Origin: Emiliania huxleyi CCMP1516
Lineage: Eukaryota
Direction of reading: 5' to 3'
Length of the DNA: 64,000 bases
Assembly: GCF_000372725.1 (NCBI RefSeq)
Contig: NW_005201154.1
Span: 180,843 to 244,842, forward strand
Of the stretch, positions 36,410 to 48,708 are shown one piece after another. The position numbers were made by a program, and so were the translations under genes. How positions within the stretch are numbered: the stretch's first letter is position 1; every line of letters begins with the position of its first letter. The notes under the pieces are model-generated. The model was not told the origin of the DNA, searched no databases, and saw nothing but the letters and a program-made list of their open reading frames with translations.

Positions 36410-37276
36410 CGAGGGTTTGACCAAGCTGCCAGCCCACTTCACGCACTCTCCGGGCCCTGGGTTGGTTGGTTGGTCCCCCACTCTGCGCACTCCAGGCCTC
36501 CAGATGTTGGTTGGTTGGTCCCGCACTCTCCGCACACATATTGTCTATTACACACATACGCGTTTTTACACAGCCGCCTTGTCCTTATACGCGGCAAGCA
36601 CCGAGGCAATTGCTGCCTTCGCTGTTGCCTTAGCCCTCTCGGCAATGGAGTCGCGAGCCGCCGTCACCGCGAGTGCCGCCTTAAACTTCTTGCGCACCTT
36701 GCCCTTGATGTCTCGGTTGTGGACACGCTGCTCCTCCACCTCGGCGTCGTGCTTGCGCTTCGCGGTCCGCCGCGCCTCCTCGAGCTGGTCCTCTGCGGTC
36801 CTCCGCGCCGGAACCGCGCCGTATAGAAATTGCGCCGCTCCTCCTCGATCACGTCCACCGACATCTGCGCCGCCTCGCGGTCCGCCGGCAGCGTGCGTGC
36901 GAGCACGTCGTTTGCGTCCTTGAGGCGTGCGTCGATGTCGGCCTCGCGCGCGCACCACGCCGCCTGCATCTTCTCGAGCTTCGCCTTTCGCGCCAGCTCC
37001 GCCGTCGCAAAGGCCGCCTGCAGCTTGTGCACCCCGCCACGATCGCAAAGCACTGGCATCGTGGGCGCCCGGCCTTTTAGCTCCGAGCCACTCGCGCTGG
37101 CGCGACACTTCCGAGAGATATCGTCGTGCTTTCACAGAGAGAGGGGCGGGGTGGGGGGGGGGGGACTGGTTGGCTGGTCCCGCACTTCGCGCACTCGGGC
37201 CCGGAAACAGTTGGTTGGTTGGTGTGGCCTTTTGCGCAGTGTGCGTGAAGTGGGGGCCGCTTGTTGGAAACCCCTG
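36410..37276. mobile_element. Degenerate TIR element (hAT-like CAGGG end) with a frameshifted coiled-coil ORF on the minus strand (~36566-37059)
   Basis: Imperfect inverted ends share CCCACTTCACGCAC (36433-36446 / 37241-37254). GGTTGGTTGGTCCC subterminal repeats at both ends. No TSD found. Confidence 0.5.
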
Positions 37277-37309
37277 TGAAACCAAACAGGCCCTGCGGCA
37301 GTCTCGTCG

Positions 37310-38050
37310 ATGACGGGCTTCAACTCTCCGGAGAACCAGCCGCTGCTCCTCTGGCTTCTCAACCACTGGCAAACGGTCGCGCCCCTGCTGGACGCCGCCG
37401 TGGCTCGGCTCGACCGAGCTAACGACCTCTTCCTGCTCGACGTGCGCGTGCCACGCGGCGAAAAGCTGAACACGCTGGACGTCGCGGCAGTCTTCTCCAA
37501 GGGGATCGCCGTCGACCTGGAGGGGATGCGCAGCGCGCTCACCAAGCACCCGTTCCTGTACGCCAGCGCGTGGACGAAGCAGCTCGCCATGGCGACCAAG
37601 CAAGAGGTGAGGAGCATGGCGCGCAGGCGCGACGAGGCGTCGTGCGCAAAGGGGTGCCTGGTCTGCTTCGCGTACGGCGACACCGCGGACAACGAGGGCA
37701 TCCTCCCCGACTTTCGGATGAACGTCGCCCAGTTCTTTGTCGGCGACCTCCGCCGCGTCGCCGCACACAACCTCGGCGGTCAGAGGCAGGCGGCGGCACA
37801 GAGGCAGGCGGCGGCCAAGTTGGAGCGGCGGCGGTCGATCCAGGCGCAGCTGCTTGCCGCGGGAGTGCCGGAGGAGGTGATGAACAGCGACGACGGCAAG
37901 GCGCAGATCAGGCTCATGGAGGCCAAGTTCGAGAGAGCGTCTCTGGCCGCGGCGCGCAAGACTGCCCGCGCCGCATCGCTAGAGGCCCCCAGTTCTCCCA
38001 GCCGGACCCCGCTTCTGTGCCCGCAGGCTGGCGGCGCGGACAAGGAGGCC
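37310..38050 (+). CDS. Hypothetical protein (3' end uncertain)
   Basis: About 240 codons with protein-like composition and GC3 bias. Confidence 0.45.
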
Positions 38051-38083
38051 GGCCCGGCGCGCAACGGCGGCGGCGGCGACGGC

Positions 38084-38116
<33 letters not shown>

Positions 38117-39637
38117 GGCGGCGACCCCCCCCTTCCGAGATTGTGCCGAGATTGTGACTCCGCCTCAGCCTCCGTTCTGTCCCTGCCCCCTTGCCCCCTC
38201 TCAGCCCGCTCGCCGTCCGCCCGCAGGTGGCGCCGACGCCAGCACTTCGACTCCGATGCCGCCGCCGCCGCCGCTGCCGCCACGGCCGCCGCCGGTGTGC
38301 GAGAGGGGCATGCAGCAGAAGAGAGAGAGAGGCAGGGCGCTGCTCAGCAGGGATCTGTTGAGCGAGGAGCGGCCCGGGCAGGGCGTGGGGTCTGCGGGGA
38401 GAAGAGAGGTTGCGTCACGAGGCCGAAAGGCGGCAGAGGTAGAGTGAGAAGAATTTATCGCCTCAGCGCTCGTGAAGGTCTCTCTCCGAGCGCGTCTCGT
38501 AGGAGAGTCTCGAGAACGCGACGGCCGCGCCCGCGTCCGCCGTGTTTCTTACGGCCCTCTATATTTCTTTGCGCCGGGGACGCCGCTCGCCGGGGGCGGT
38601 GACGTGCGCGCGCGCACACAGCGCTCTCCCCACAGATCACAATCACAATAAAGTGCTGCGCACGTCTAGAGCGGCCGCACACTGCTCGGTACCCGCTACC
38701 CCCCTTGGCCCTGCACACCGCTTAGCCCATGGCCGACCCCCCCCCAGCAGCAGAGCTCTGCCTGTGGGGGGTGCTGGCATCTCTGTGCAGACAGCAGCTG
38801 TAAGATGGTAGCATGCGTTCCAGTGGCGAGAATTTATGGTCGGCACCAAAATCAGTGGTCTCACCGGCGGGCCCTCCTATTGCCAGCCGGGCGGTGCGGG
38901 GCACGCCAGCCTCTCTTCTACGCCTCTCCTTCCTCGCGGCGCCTCTGCTTCAAGGAGCAGGGAAGATACGGCTCTCGCAGCTGTGGCACAGCGGAGAGCA
39001 CAGCGGGCGGTACAAGTCCATCAGATATGGTTCCCTATCTTCGCATGCTCGTTGTTGGTGATATCCGCGCGAGGTCATACGCCACAGGCCAGCAATCACT
39101 CGGCGATGAGACTACTGATTTGGCGCGACGCTCTGACACCGAGTGTTGCTCGACGCTGCGACACCGCCGAGTACCGCGTGCAGCGCTCAACCTCGCGGAG
39201 TACACCTCTCGCTATCATCCCGCTTCGCGGCGGTCGGGCTGCTTGATTTGTCGGAAGACACCCACATCTCTGCTGCTGGAGGAGAGCTTCCGATAATCAT
39301 AGTGGGTTCGCGATGGACCAGCCAGGGGGGAGAGTATTACACCCTGTAAGGCGGCCCCGAGAGGGTCAGTGGAGTCAAGTACGTCACACATGTACATGTA
39401 CATGTGCATGCGAGCATGGCGAAGAGCCTACTACTACGTGGAGAGGCGAGTGCCGTGGAACTCCGCACCCGTCACCGGAAAACTACAACGCTGTCGCTGC
39501 GTGCAGGGCGTCGCAACCCTGACACCCCGCGCGGAGCGCCACCGATAGCTGCTGCACCTGACAGGCAATGGGGCGCAAGCTCAGGGTGGGAGTCTAGCCT
39601 GATTGCCCGGAGGGCGCGAGGCGAGGCGTTGGGGACG

Positions 39638-40085
39638 CTACGAGAGCATGCATCTCACGCTACTACGAGGCGCGTCCGCTTTGAGCGTAACCACCAGCGC
39701 TGCGCTCGACGGCAGCGAGGCGATGTTCCTCGTCTCCCCGGGGTCAGTCTCGAGGTCGAAGAGGTCGACAAACGTGGTGCTAGCCTTGAACCGCTTCGGG
39801 ACAGCCCATCGGATGAATCGGTATCGACTAGTCCGGTAGCTGTAACCCCAAGCGAGCGGGACAGGCAGCTGAACTCCAATCATGGGGCGTCCGACGCTCT
39901 CAGTCCGTTTGAACGCACTTATCGAGCCATCGTGTGTGCCCCGAGCGACCGGGCCCTCCATCAGCGGCACCAGCGACCGCCCCTGCACTCGCGATGGGAT
40001 CGGCAGGTCGCTCATCTCGCAGAGCGTCGGGAAGATGTCGAGCAGCTCGACCGGCGCGTCGACGCGTTTCACGGCGCTCCCGCTC
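39638..40085 (-). pseudogene. Sulfatase (iduronate-2-sulfatase/choline sulfatase-like) C-terminal fragment
   Basis: PVELLDIFPTLCEM...QGRSLVPLM, GYSYRTSRYRFIRW and LFDLETDPGETRNIA. No N-terminal CxPxR region seen. Confidence 0.75.
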
Positions 40086-41129
40086 CAGCGTGAGAGGACG
40101 ACGCCTTCGGTTGCTGTCTACGTGTGTGTCTCTGTGTGTATGGATCGACGGTGTGAATAACAGTCAGGCTCCCGGATTGAACAACCACCAACGCGGTATG
40201 GGGTGGACGCGAGACAGGAGATGACGTCACGCTCACAACCACCTCTGCGGCATATATCCTTTCCATTCGGCCCTCCTCCTCCTTCTCTGTCGCTCGCTCT
40301 TGTGTTGTTCGGCGGCGGCGGCGGTGTGTGTGTGTGTGTGGGGGGGCTTCTCTCTTGTTCCCGAAAGAAGTGCGCCCGCCGCTAGCAGGTACAGGTGCGG
40401 GCTGTGACTCGCGATTGGCCACACTGCGCTCGCATCTGTGTCAAAAACTTCGTCGGGCGGAATGAAAGCGCGGAGCCTTCCCTTAGTAGGATGCGTGGCG
40501 CTGTGCTCGCCCACATCGAGGCTCCCAGCTGTCAACAGAGCCTCTCAAACAGGACCTGCTCAAACAGGGCTGGCAGCTATACAGCCGCGCGCCCCGACGC
40601 GCTCCGCATCCAACGCAAGCCCTCCCGACTCCCGACTCCCGACTCCCGACTCCCGCCACTCTCAACGGACAACGCACAGTGCACACCGCCTCGCTGCGCG
40701 TACTCTCAGGTCGAACGATCGACTGCGGCATCTACGTCCTTCCTGCGAAAGTAACTGTGCAGACAAGCAAGCCCGTCAAGGGCAAGCCATGGTCAGAGAG
40801 AGATATTGCAATAGGAGCCAGGTCAGTCAGAGAATTGCACCTGGAATGGATGTGGCGCCTGCTGCGAGTGCTCCGCCTCTCCCCCTCCATCCGCCGCCGG
40901 CTCGGGGCATGTGCAAGCAAGGCGCCCAGCACGCCGAATTCTTTCTACCGAAACATGGTCGTGGGGCATGGGCCCTATTGCGAGGAGGGAGAGGGAGGTG
41001 CGGTGGGGGGGGAGGGAGGGGGGGGGGAGGGAGTGTGAGGGGTATGGGGGCGAGGGCATGGAGGGGGAGAGGAAGAGCAAGGGCGAGAGGGGGCCCAGGG
41101 AACGGGTCGATGGCATACTAGGGGGGGCA

Positions 41130-42330
41130 GGGTGGTGGGCGGCGACCGCCGCATACCGTCCTACAGCGGGGACTATCGCTACGCCAGGGAGGACAAGGAC
41201 GTCGACGTGCAGCTGCTGCTGTTCGAGTCGTTCGGTGGGTTCGGGAAGGGGGTCAGCGAGATCCTCTGGAAAGGCGGCGAATGTGCTGCAGAACAAGCTG
41301 ACGCGGGCCCAGTACCTCGATGAGGTGACTTGGACCACCAAGAATTGGCTAGGGCTGATGTCGCGGGGCGGGGTACCGGATGGGTGGCATTGAAGCCCGA
41401 GGGTTGCGGAAGGCGCGCGGCGGGGGTCGGCTTCGGGGTGCCGACCGCCGCCACCGGGGGCCGCCGCGCCGTAGTGCGTAGAGCGGCTCGCCGGTCTTCC
41501 TACCGGCGGTGCGCGCGGCCGCGCTCGGAGGCGCTGATTGCTCGGCCGCGCGGGGCCGGATGACTCGCCCGCTGGGGGTGGGGTGCACGGGGTTTGCGGC
41601 GGGGTCCCCAACGTCCCCAGGGTGGCCTTGATGGCGGTGATCTCGGTGTCGCTCTCTATCGTGTCGAAGAGCATCCTTGTCTCCTGCTCGAGGTTTCGAC
41701 CTCGGGCCTCGGGGTTTTTGCACTCGTGACCTGCTCCGCAGGATCTGGATCTGCGCGCGGAGGCGCTTGATCTCCGCTTGCATCCCCATGAGCTCGGCGT
41801 GGTTCGCCCGCCTCTCGGGCTTGTGGGACGCGCCGTCCAAGTCGACATAGCGATCTCCCTTGTCTGAGGGAAGATGCGCTTCCCCAGGGCCCCCCTCGCA
41901 AGAGGCCAATAGGAGGAGGCGCGTCCCCTGGCATGGGCGCTACTCTCTCCACTGGAGGGTTGGTTTCCACCCGCGGACTCGCTTCGTACGAGCTCGCTGT
42001 ATGGGTAGTTTTGTTCATGGACACGGGCCCACGCGACACACGCGCAGGCCGATTGCAGGGCTCTCCCACAACCACGCTGACCCGGCTCCCAGGACCAACG
42101 ACAGAGGTGAAACGACATTCGGCCCGCCGACACAATTCGACCACTGGACACAATATCTAAATGCGGCGGAGGCCAATCTCGGGTTCCCTTCTCGATTCTC
42201 CTCGGGGCTCTGGTGCAATCACCTTCCCCCGCGACAGCTGCAGAAGCAGCGTATCTCAGTCGTTCTTCACACGGCCATCGCAGAGCAGATTGTGAATGAG
42301 CTTGCCTGCGGCGGGGGCGGTCGAGTGCAC
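41130..42330 (+). mobile_element. Probable degraded non-LTR retrotransposon 3' end (restriction-like endonuclease region), split by an insertion
   Basis: VQLLLFESFGGFGKGVSEILWK ... NWLGL|QKQRISVVLHTAIAEQI resembles the C-terminus of CRE/R2-type RLE proteins. Frameshifted. Confidence 0.45.
41359..42236. mobile_element. 878-bp TG...CA insertion (solo LTR or TGT..ACA TIR element)
   Basis: Ends TGTCGCGGGG / CCCCGCGACA. Flanks GCTGA / GCTGC. Removal rejoins the reading frame. Confidence 0.7.
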
Positions 42331-42537
42331 GGAGCTAAGTGCCTCCGTCCTCGCAGGAGTCGCTTAGGCGGCTCCCGTGGTGTACCTGTGTTAGTTAGTG
42401 CCAGCCAGTGCGCGCCAGTCCCGTGCCCAGTGTCGTGCGAGAGGAGAGTACTTGGAGTTGTAAAACTCTTTCGTGGCGACAGGCTGTCTGCATAGCCGCA
42501 GCCACTCCCAGCTGCTCGGTGTGAACATCGTACACCG

Positions 42538-42599
<62 letters not shown>

Positions 42600-42814
42600 G
42601 CGCAGCAGGCGGGGCAGTCGGAGAAGGGGCAACTCCGTGCACTGACGGTCGGCCGTCAGAAAACACGCCTCCGTGGCTCGGGTTACACCAATCCTCGCTA
42701 CCCAACGCGGCCAAAGGATATCCACCTCGAGAACCTCGAGGCAGGGAGGCCTGGGTCTTCACAGCGGTTGCTGCGACGCAGGGCGCCAGGCTGTACCTGG
42801 CGTGGGCGAGGCGC

Positions 42815-45151
42815 ATGTCGCGGTCGCTGGCCGATGCTGCCGCTACGGCACTAGACAGCAACCCTCTCGGTGACGAGGAGTCACGCAAGGTCGAGAAGCC
42901 GGTCGCGAACAGCGCCCGCTGCATCGAGCTCGCCAGATCGCTCTTCGGCATCGAGCCACTGACCGGTTCGGTCCGCGACCTTGATTCGTACGACGACCGC
43001 AACTTCTACTGCAAGGCGACGTCGTCGCGCCCGGAGCTGAAAGCCGCGGCCGACTGCCACGCGTGCGGCGACCCGCCGGGCAGCTTCCACTTTGTCGTCA
43101 AGGTGCACAACGGGGTTGAGTCGCTCTCCCCCGGCTTCATCGAGTGCCAGAACCTGGCGATGGAGCTCGTGCGCGCCGCCGGCGTCTGGTGCCCGCGCGC
43201 CCTCCCGTCACTCGAGGGCCGGCAGATCGCGTTTGCCGAGCAGCCTCTCGCCGACGGCTCAGTGCGGAGGCACGCTGTCCGCTGCCTGCCCTACCGGCCA
43301 GCCTGCCTGCTCGGCTCCGCGCTTCCTGGTGCGGCGCTGCTGCGCGAGCTCGGCGGCGTGACCGCGCGCGTCTCGTGCGCCCTCTCTGCCTTCGACCACC
43401 CCGAGGCGCACCGAACCTTCATCTGGGACCTCGCACAGACGGCCGCGATACGGCCCTCTCCTCCGCCTCTCCGCGGCCGACCGAAGCGCCGCCCGAGCGT
43501 GTCTGAGTCTGACCCGGGGGCCCGAGTAGGCCCCTCCTCCCCCTCCTCGCACCCGAGCGGCGGGCCCTGATCGCCGACACCCTCCGCGACTTCGAGTCGA
43601 CGGTGCTGCCACTCTCCGACCGCCTGCCGCGCCAGGCCGACCACGGAGACGCATCTCTCGGTCCTCTCGGGCTCCTCTCGGGCCATCGCGGGCTCCTCTC
43701 GGCCCATCTCGGCCCATCTCGGCTCATCTCGGCTCGTCTCGGGCTCATCTCGGCTCGTCTCGCGCCAGGTCATCCATGGAGACGTCAACGACCAAAACGT
43801 TCTCGTCGGGCCGGCTGGCGGCGGCGGTGAGGGCGGCGGCGGCGGTGAGGGCGAGAGCGAGGGCGGCGACAACGGTGGCGAGCCTGGTTGCGGTGGTGCG
43901 GCGGTGCTCGGCGTGATCGACTTTGGCGACCTCGTGCATACCTGGCGCGAGATCAGCCGAGATCAGCCGAGATCGAGATCACCCGCGATCGCCCGAGATA
44001 TCCCGAGATAGTCCCGAGATCTCGACATGACCCGCGACGCCTTCCTCCCCCTCTCCTGCGCCCGAGATCGCCCGAGATTGCAGGAGATTGCCCGAGATTG
44101 CGCACCGGCGGGGCGGACGCACCCCGGTGGGCGGAGGGGGGGCAAGGGCGGAGGGGGGGGGGGGGGCTCTGCGTCGCATGCAGTGTGTCGCACCCTTCTT
44201 CCGGCAGGCGCGTGAACGAGCTCGCCATCGCCACAGCCTACGCCCTCATCGCGCTCCACTACGACTCTGCCGCCCGCGCCTCGACGCACGCCTCCGCCTC
44301 CCTCAGCCAGCCCTCCCTCAGCCAGCCCTCCCTCGGCGACGCCTCCGCCTCCGGGGAGGGCGAGGGTCGCGGCCATGGCGGCGGAGGGCCAGGCGCGGTG
44401 GCGGAGGAGGAGGCCGCGTGCGCCTTGGTGTCTGGCTTTGCGGAGGAGGCGGAGCGGCAAGGTGAGCCCTCCCCTCCCCCCCCTCTCCCACCCCAACACC
44501 AAACCAAACCACCACCACCACCACCACCACCACCACCACACAGCGCGACCCNNNNNNNNNNNNNNNNNNNNNNNNNNNNNNNNNNNNNNNNNNNNNNNNN
44601 NNNNNNNNNNNNNNNNNNNNNNNNNNNNNNNNNNNNNNNNNNNNNNNNNNNNNNNNNNNNNNNNNNNNNNNNNNNNNNNNNNNNNNNNNNNNNNNNNNNN
44701 NNNNNNNNNNNNNNNNNNNNNNNNNNNNNNNNNNNNNNNNNNNNNNNNNNNNNNNNNNNNNNNNNNNNNNNNNNNNNNNNNNNNNNNNNNNNNNNNNNNN
44801 NNNNNNNNNNNNNNNNNNNNNNNNNNNNNNNNNNNNNNNNNNNNNNNNNNNNNNNNNNNNNNNNNNNNNNNNNNNNNNNNNNNNNNNNNNNNNNNNNNNN
44901 NNNNNNNNNNNNNNNNNNNNNNNNNNNNNNNNNNNNNNNNNNNNNNNNNNNNNNNNNNNNNNNNNNNNNNNNNNNNNNNNNNNNNNNNNNNNNNNNNNNN
45001 NNNNNNNNNNNNNNNNNNNNNNNNNNNNNNNCCCCCCCCCCACACACCAACATCACCACACACAACCACCACCCCATCACAGGCGCTCAAGCGGTGGCGC
45101 GACAAGCCGGCGGCGGAGCTGGAGCAGCTGCTCCGCAGAGCGGCCGCGTGA
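42815..45151 (+). CDS. HYKK: Hydroxylysine kinase-like (APH/choline-kinase-like phosphotransferase), multi-exon, spans a gap
   Basis: LDSYDDRNF, FVVKVHN, FDHPEAHRTFIWDL, VIHGDVNDQNVLV, GVIDFGD and NELAIATAY. Confidence 0.85.
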
Positions 45152-45785
45152 GACGCGCACTTCGGCGGCGGCGGGCGCGGCCAAACGGCGAAGGAAGACC
45201 GTCGTGCCAGGGACCGCTCCGAGGGGAGGCATGGAGCGTGCCAAGTGTGGTCCCGTCTCGCGTCTGGCGACTGCAATGAACGCACTCTGCTCTCTGGCCA
45301 TCGAGAGCGCTGCTGGTGTGAGCTGTGCAGCTGTGAGCCTCTGTGAGGGTCCGCTAGCATTGGCCATTGGGCCTGATTAAGGGACTGCAGCGGTTGGTCG
45401 ATGGCCGGCGCCGAGATCAACGATCATCGCGCACCGAACAGGAACCAACGTCCCAGATTGCAGAAAAAGCTGCGCAACAACCAAAACAAGCAACATCCAA
45501 CAACGCGTACAAATATGTCAACGTCTCGGCGCTTGGCAGGTCGCAGGAGAAAGCGCGGGCGCGCTGCTCTCTCCCCCTCTCCCCGCCGCCTCACTCGCAC
45601 ACGCATACAGCGGCACATAAACAAGCTGAGCCACACAACAACATACCACAAACAGTAGCTCGAAATAATGGGACGTCCGCTGGCGGCGCCCCCGCCGGGT
45701 CGGAACAGCTCAGCCTCGGGGCGCTCGGATCCACGGAACGGGTTTGGCGCTGCCCGGAGGCCCAAACCCTCTCCTCTGAAACCCT

Positions 45786-46754
45786 CTAGGAGGCGCGCAG
45801 CGATGCCGGACGGGCGCGGTTCCACTCCGCCGCCGGTGCAACCTCGCCGCTGACCGCCCGCGCGGGCGGCTTGCTGCCGGCGCGCCCGCCGCAGGCCTTG
45901 CAGCTGCCCGGCGGCTCCTCGAGCGGCGCGTCTGGCTCCTCTAGCGGTGCAAGCTGCCTCGCCCCTCCGCCTCTGCGCCGCCCGCCGCCGAAAAGGCCGC
46001 AGATGCCGGGCAGCCCGCACCGGAGGAGGGCGAGGAGGAGGGAGAGGAGGGAGAGGAGGCAGGCGGCGGCGGCGAGGAGCAGCCGCAGCGGCGCCGTGAG
46101 GCACGACAGCGCGTCTGCAAAGCAGCGGATATCGTCTTCGGCGGCGGAGGAGGAGAGCGCGCGGCGCATCCGCGGCGGCGGGGACGCGTCCAAGACATCA
46201 TCGCTCGGATCGCGGACGGAGACCCGCCCTCCCCGCGCGGGTCCCGGCACCGCGAATACCACCCTCTCCGCCGAGCTCGAGCCTCGCTCCGACGCTCCAC
46301 ACCCCTCCCCGGCGTCGCCACCCTCCTCCTCGTACTGCAGCGAGTCGCAGGAAGAACGGTCGTACGACGCGACCGAAGAGCGGGGCCCGTAGCACGACCC
46401 GTCGTCGTCGTCGCCTTCCGCCGCCGCTGCCCAGCTCACAGCCGGCTTCCCAGCCCGCCGGATCGCGTCGAGCTCCGCCTCTCGCTCGGCGCGGGCGTTG
46501 CGCGCCCACGAGGCGTCTGCCCTGGCGCTCTGCGCCTGCTCGTCGGCCGCGCACCGCGATGCGCACGCGTCGCAGAGGCAGACGGCGCGCCGCTTGCCCG
46601 TGTTGCGGCACCGGCCCGCATCGTACCAAGCCGCAGCATTCGCCGGCGGCGGGTCTGGAGAGGGTTCCCCGGCGTCGTCGCAGTCGAGAGCGTCCAGCGC
46701 GGCGTCATAGTCGAAGGGCCGCTCTAGTCTGTCGTCGTCCCTAACCGGCCGCAT
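45786..46754 (-). CDS. Hypothetical protein with a Cys-rich segment and a C-terminal hydrophobic helix
   Basis: 322-aa intronless ORF from ATG. Shares about 200 bp with 56864-57064. Confidence 0.5.
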   Translation of the reverse strand: MRPVRDDDRLERPFDYDAALDALDCDDAGEPSPDPPPANAAAWYDAGRCRNTGKRRAVCLCDACASRCAADEQAQSARADASWARNARAEREAELDAIRRAGKPAVSWAAAAEGDDDDGSCYGPRSSVASYDRSSCDSLQYEEEGGDAGEGCGASERGSSSAERVVFAVPGPARGGRVSVRDPSDDVLDASPPPRMRRALSSSAAEDDIRCFADALSCLTAPLRLLLAAAACLLSLLSLLLALLRCGLPGICGLFGGGRRRGGGARQLAPLEEPDAPLEEPPGSCKACGGRAGSKPPARAVSGEVAPAAEWNRARPASLRAS

Positions 46755-47153
46755 GTGCTGCGGGGAAACCTTCGGCGAAGGTACGGGGCGCGCAGTTTAG
46801 GAGTTTGGCCCGCGGCACACAGTGTTCGCTTCTGGAGGAAGAATTCTACGATCAGGGCTCGCACGAACTAGCACAGGGAAGAAGAATTTCACGCATCGCG
46901 CGCACAACACGACAGGCAAGGCGCGGGCGACGGCTTCCTCAGAAGCCGTCGAGGAAGCCGTCGCCCGCACCACAGGAGCAGTCACACCACTCCCACTCCG
47001 GCGCCCACCCACTCCCCACGTCTTGTACTCCCTCCCTCACTGTGTTATTGTGATGTCTCGCACTCCTCACTGGCGAGGCAGTTTCGTCCACGCGGCTCTA
47101 TTATTCAACAAACAACAACCCCATTGCTAAAAATCTCTCTATTATTCTTTCCT

Positions 47154-47269
47154 AAAAGAAAGAAAGCAAGAAAGAAAACGGACATCCAAGGGAGGGATGG
47201 GAGGAGGCACGCCGCCACCACACCGGGATTTAAGGAGAGGGGTGTGGTGCGCTAGCCGTCGCCCACCCT
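47154..47269 (-). mobile_element. SINE-like / 5'-truncated retroposon copy with (TTTC)n tail and 14-bp TSD
   Basis: TATTATTCTTTCCT at 47140-47153 and 47270-47283 flanks the shared repeat. Confidence 0.7.
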
Positions 47270-47389
47270 TATTATTCTTTCCTCGACGGCGGCTTCTCGG
47301 CACGATTTCTTTCTGCACGCGCACAGATCCTCGGACGGCAGTGAATGCGCTGGACGGATTAGCCGCGATTAGCGTGTCACGGAGGGCTC

Positions 47390-47541
47390 AATGGCTGACG
47401 TAAGCCGACGACCTCGAGAGATGGGGAGAGATGGGGAGAGATGGGGAGAGGTGGGGAGATACATCTCAATGGCTGGCGTAGGCCGACGACCTCGAGAAGC
47501 TTCTCTCCGGGGGCGGAGACCTCGTCCAGCCGCTGCTGGCT

Positions 47542-47580
<39 letters not shown>

Positions 47581-48708
47581 AAGGGCGACGGCGGAGCGGC
47601 GGAGGCTGTGTGCCGTCGCGACGCGGCGGTTGCGGCGGCGGCGGCGCTCTACCCGGCGTACGTGGCCGACCGCGACGCAACCAAGGGGTTGTTTTTTTTG
47701 GCCCCCCCCCCCCCCCCCCCCCCGCCCCGCCCTGCCCCCCGCGCGCGCCTGGTGTCTGGCCGTGACGTGCGAGCTGCCCACCGGCCCTGCCCACCGGCGG
47801 TTCGCCCTTCAGACGCTGCTCTCGGAGCTGCTCTAACTGATGAGCAATTCATCGGTGGGCCGGTTGCAGGGCCCTCCTCACCCGCCTGGCTCCACATTAC
47901 GGACGGGCGGCGGAGACCTGAGCCTTCTTGGAACCCCCCCGCGAAGGCCTTTTTCCCCGACGCGAACGGCTGCCTCCGCCTCTCGGCCGGCCACGTGGAG
48001 GGGTACTCTGCCGCGGACGCGGTGCAGCACACGCCCGTGACCACGCTCGGCGGGCTCTAGCCGAGAGTCTAGCCGAGAGTCTAGCCGAGAGTTTGGCCGA
48101 GGTTGTAGCCGAGGTTTGGACGGGGTGTAGCCGAGGTGTAGCCGAGAGACAGCCTTGCACCCAGCACACTCTGCGGGCGGCGGCCTCGGGAGTGTGTCGT
48201 GGAGGTGTCGTGGAGGTGTCGTGGAGGTGTCGTGGACGCGTCCCCCGCAGGCGGGCTGGTGGACAAGCACCTTGAGGCCAAGCTCAGCGGCGCGGGCGAG
48301 GCGGTTGCCGACCTGGTCAAGGGCGAGGGCGGAGACTTCGACTGCCCGCAGCGGCTGGTGGACCTCTGCGCCGCAGACACGGCCGTGGCGGCGACGCCGT
48401 GCTGCGTGTGCTACTCGACCGACACGGTCGGAGGCAACAGCGGCTCGCCCGTGCTCGACGCCAACGGCGACTTCGTCGCCATCAACTTTGACCGCCAGCG
48501 GCTCGGGCTGATGAACGAGTTCAAGTGGAGCGCGGAGTACTCCCGCTCGATCGGTGCGCCGAGCGGCGGCACTCTCCCCGCCGCCCGTCGGACCCGCCGC
48601 ACGACATGTCCGCGACATGCCCTCGCAGGCACCGACGTGCGGTACATCCTGCTGCTCGTCGGCCAGTACGACGGCGCGCAGTGGCTTGTCGACGAGATGG
48701 TCGGCTGA
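47390..48708 (+). pseudogene. Peptidase S46 (DPP7/DPP11-like) C-terminal part, intron-containing, apparently 5'-truncated
   Basis: FPDANGCLRLSAGHVEGY, STDTVGGNSGSPVLDANGDFVAINFD and SRSIG|TDVRYIL...GAQWLVDEM*. Confidence 0.8.
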
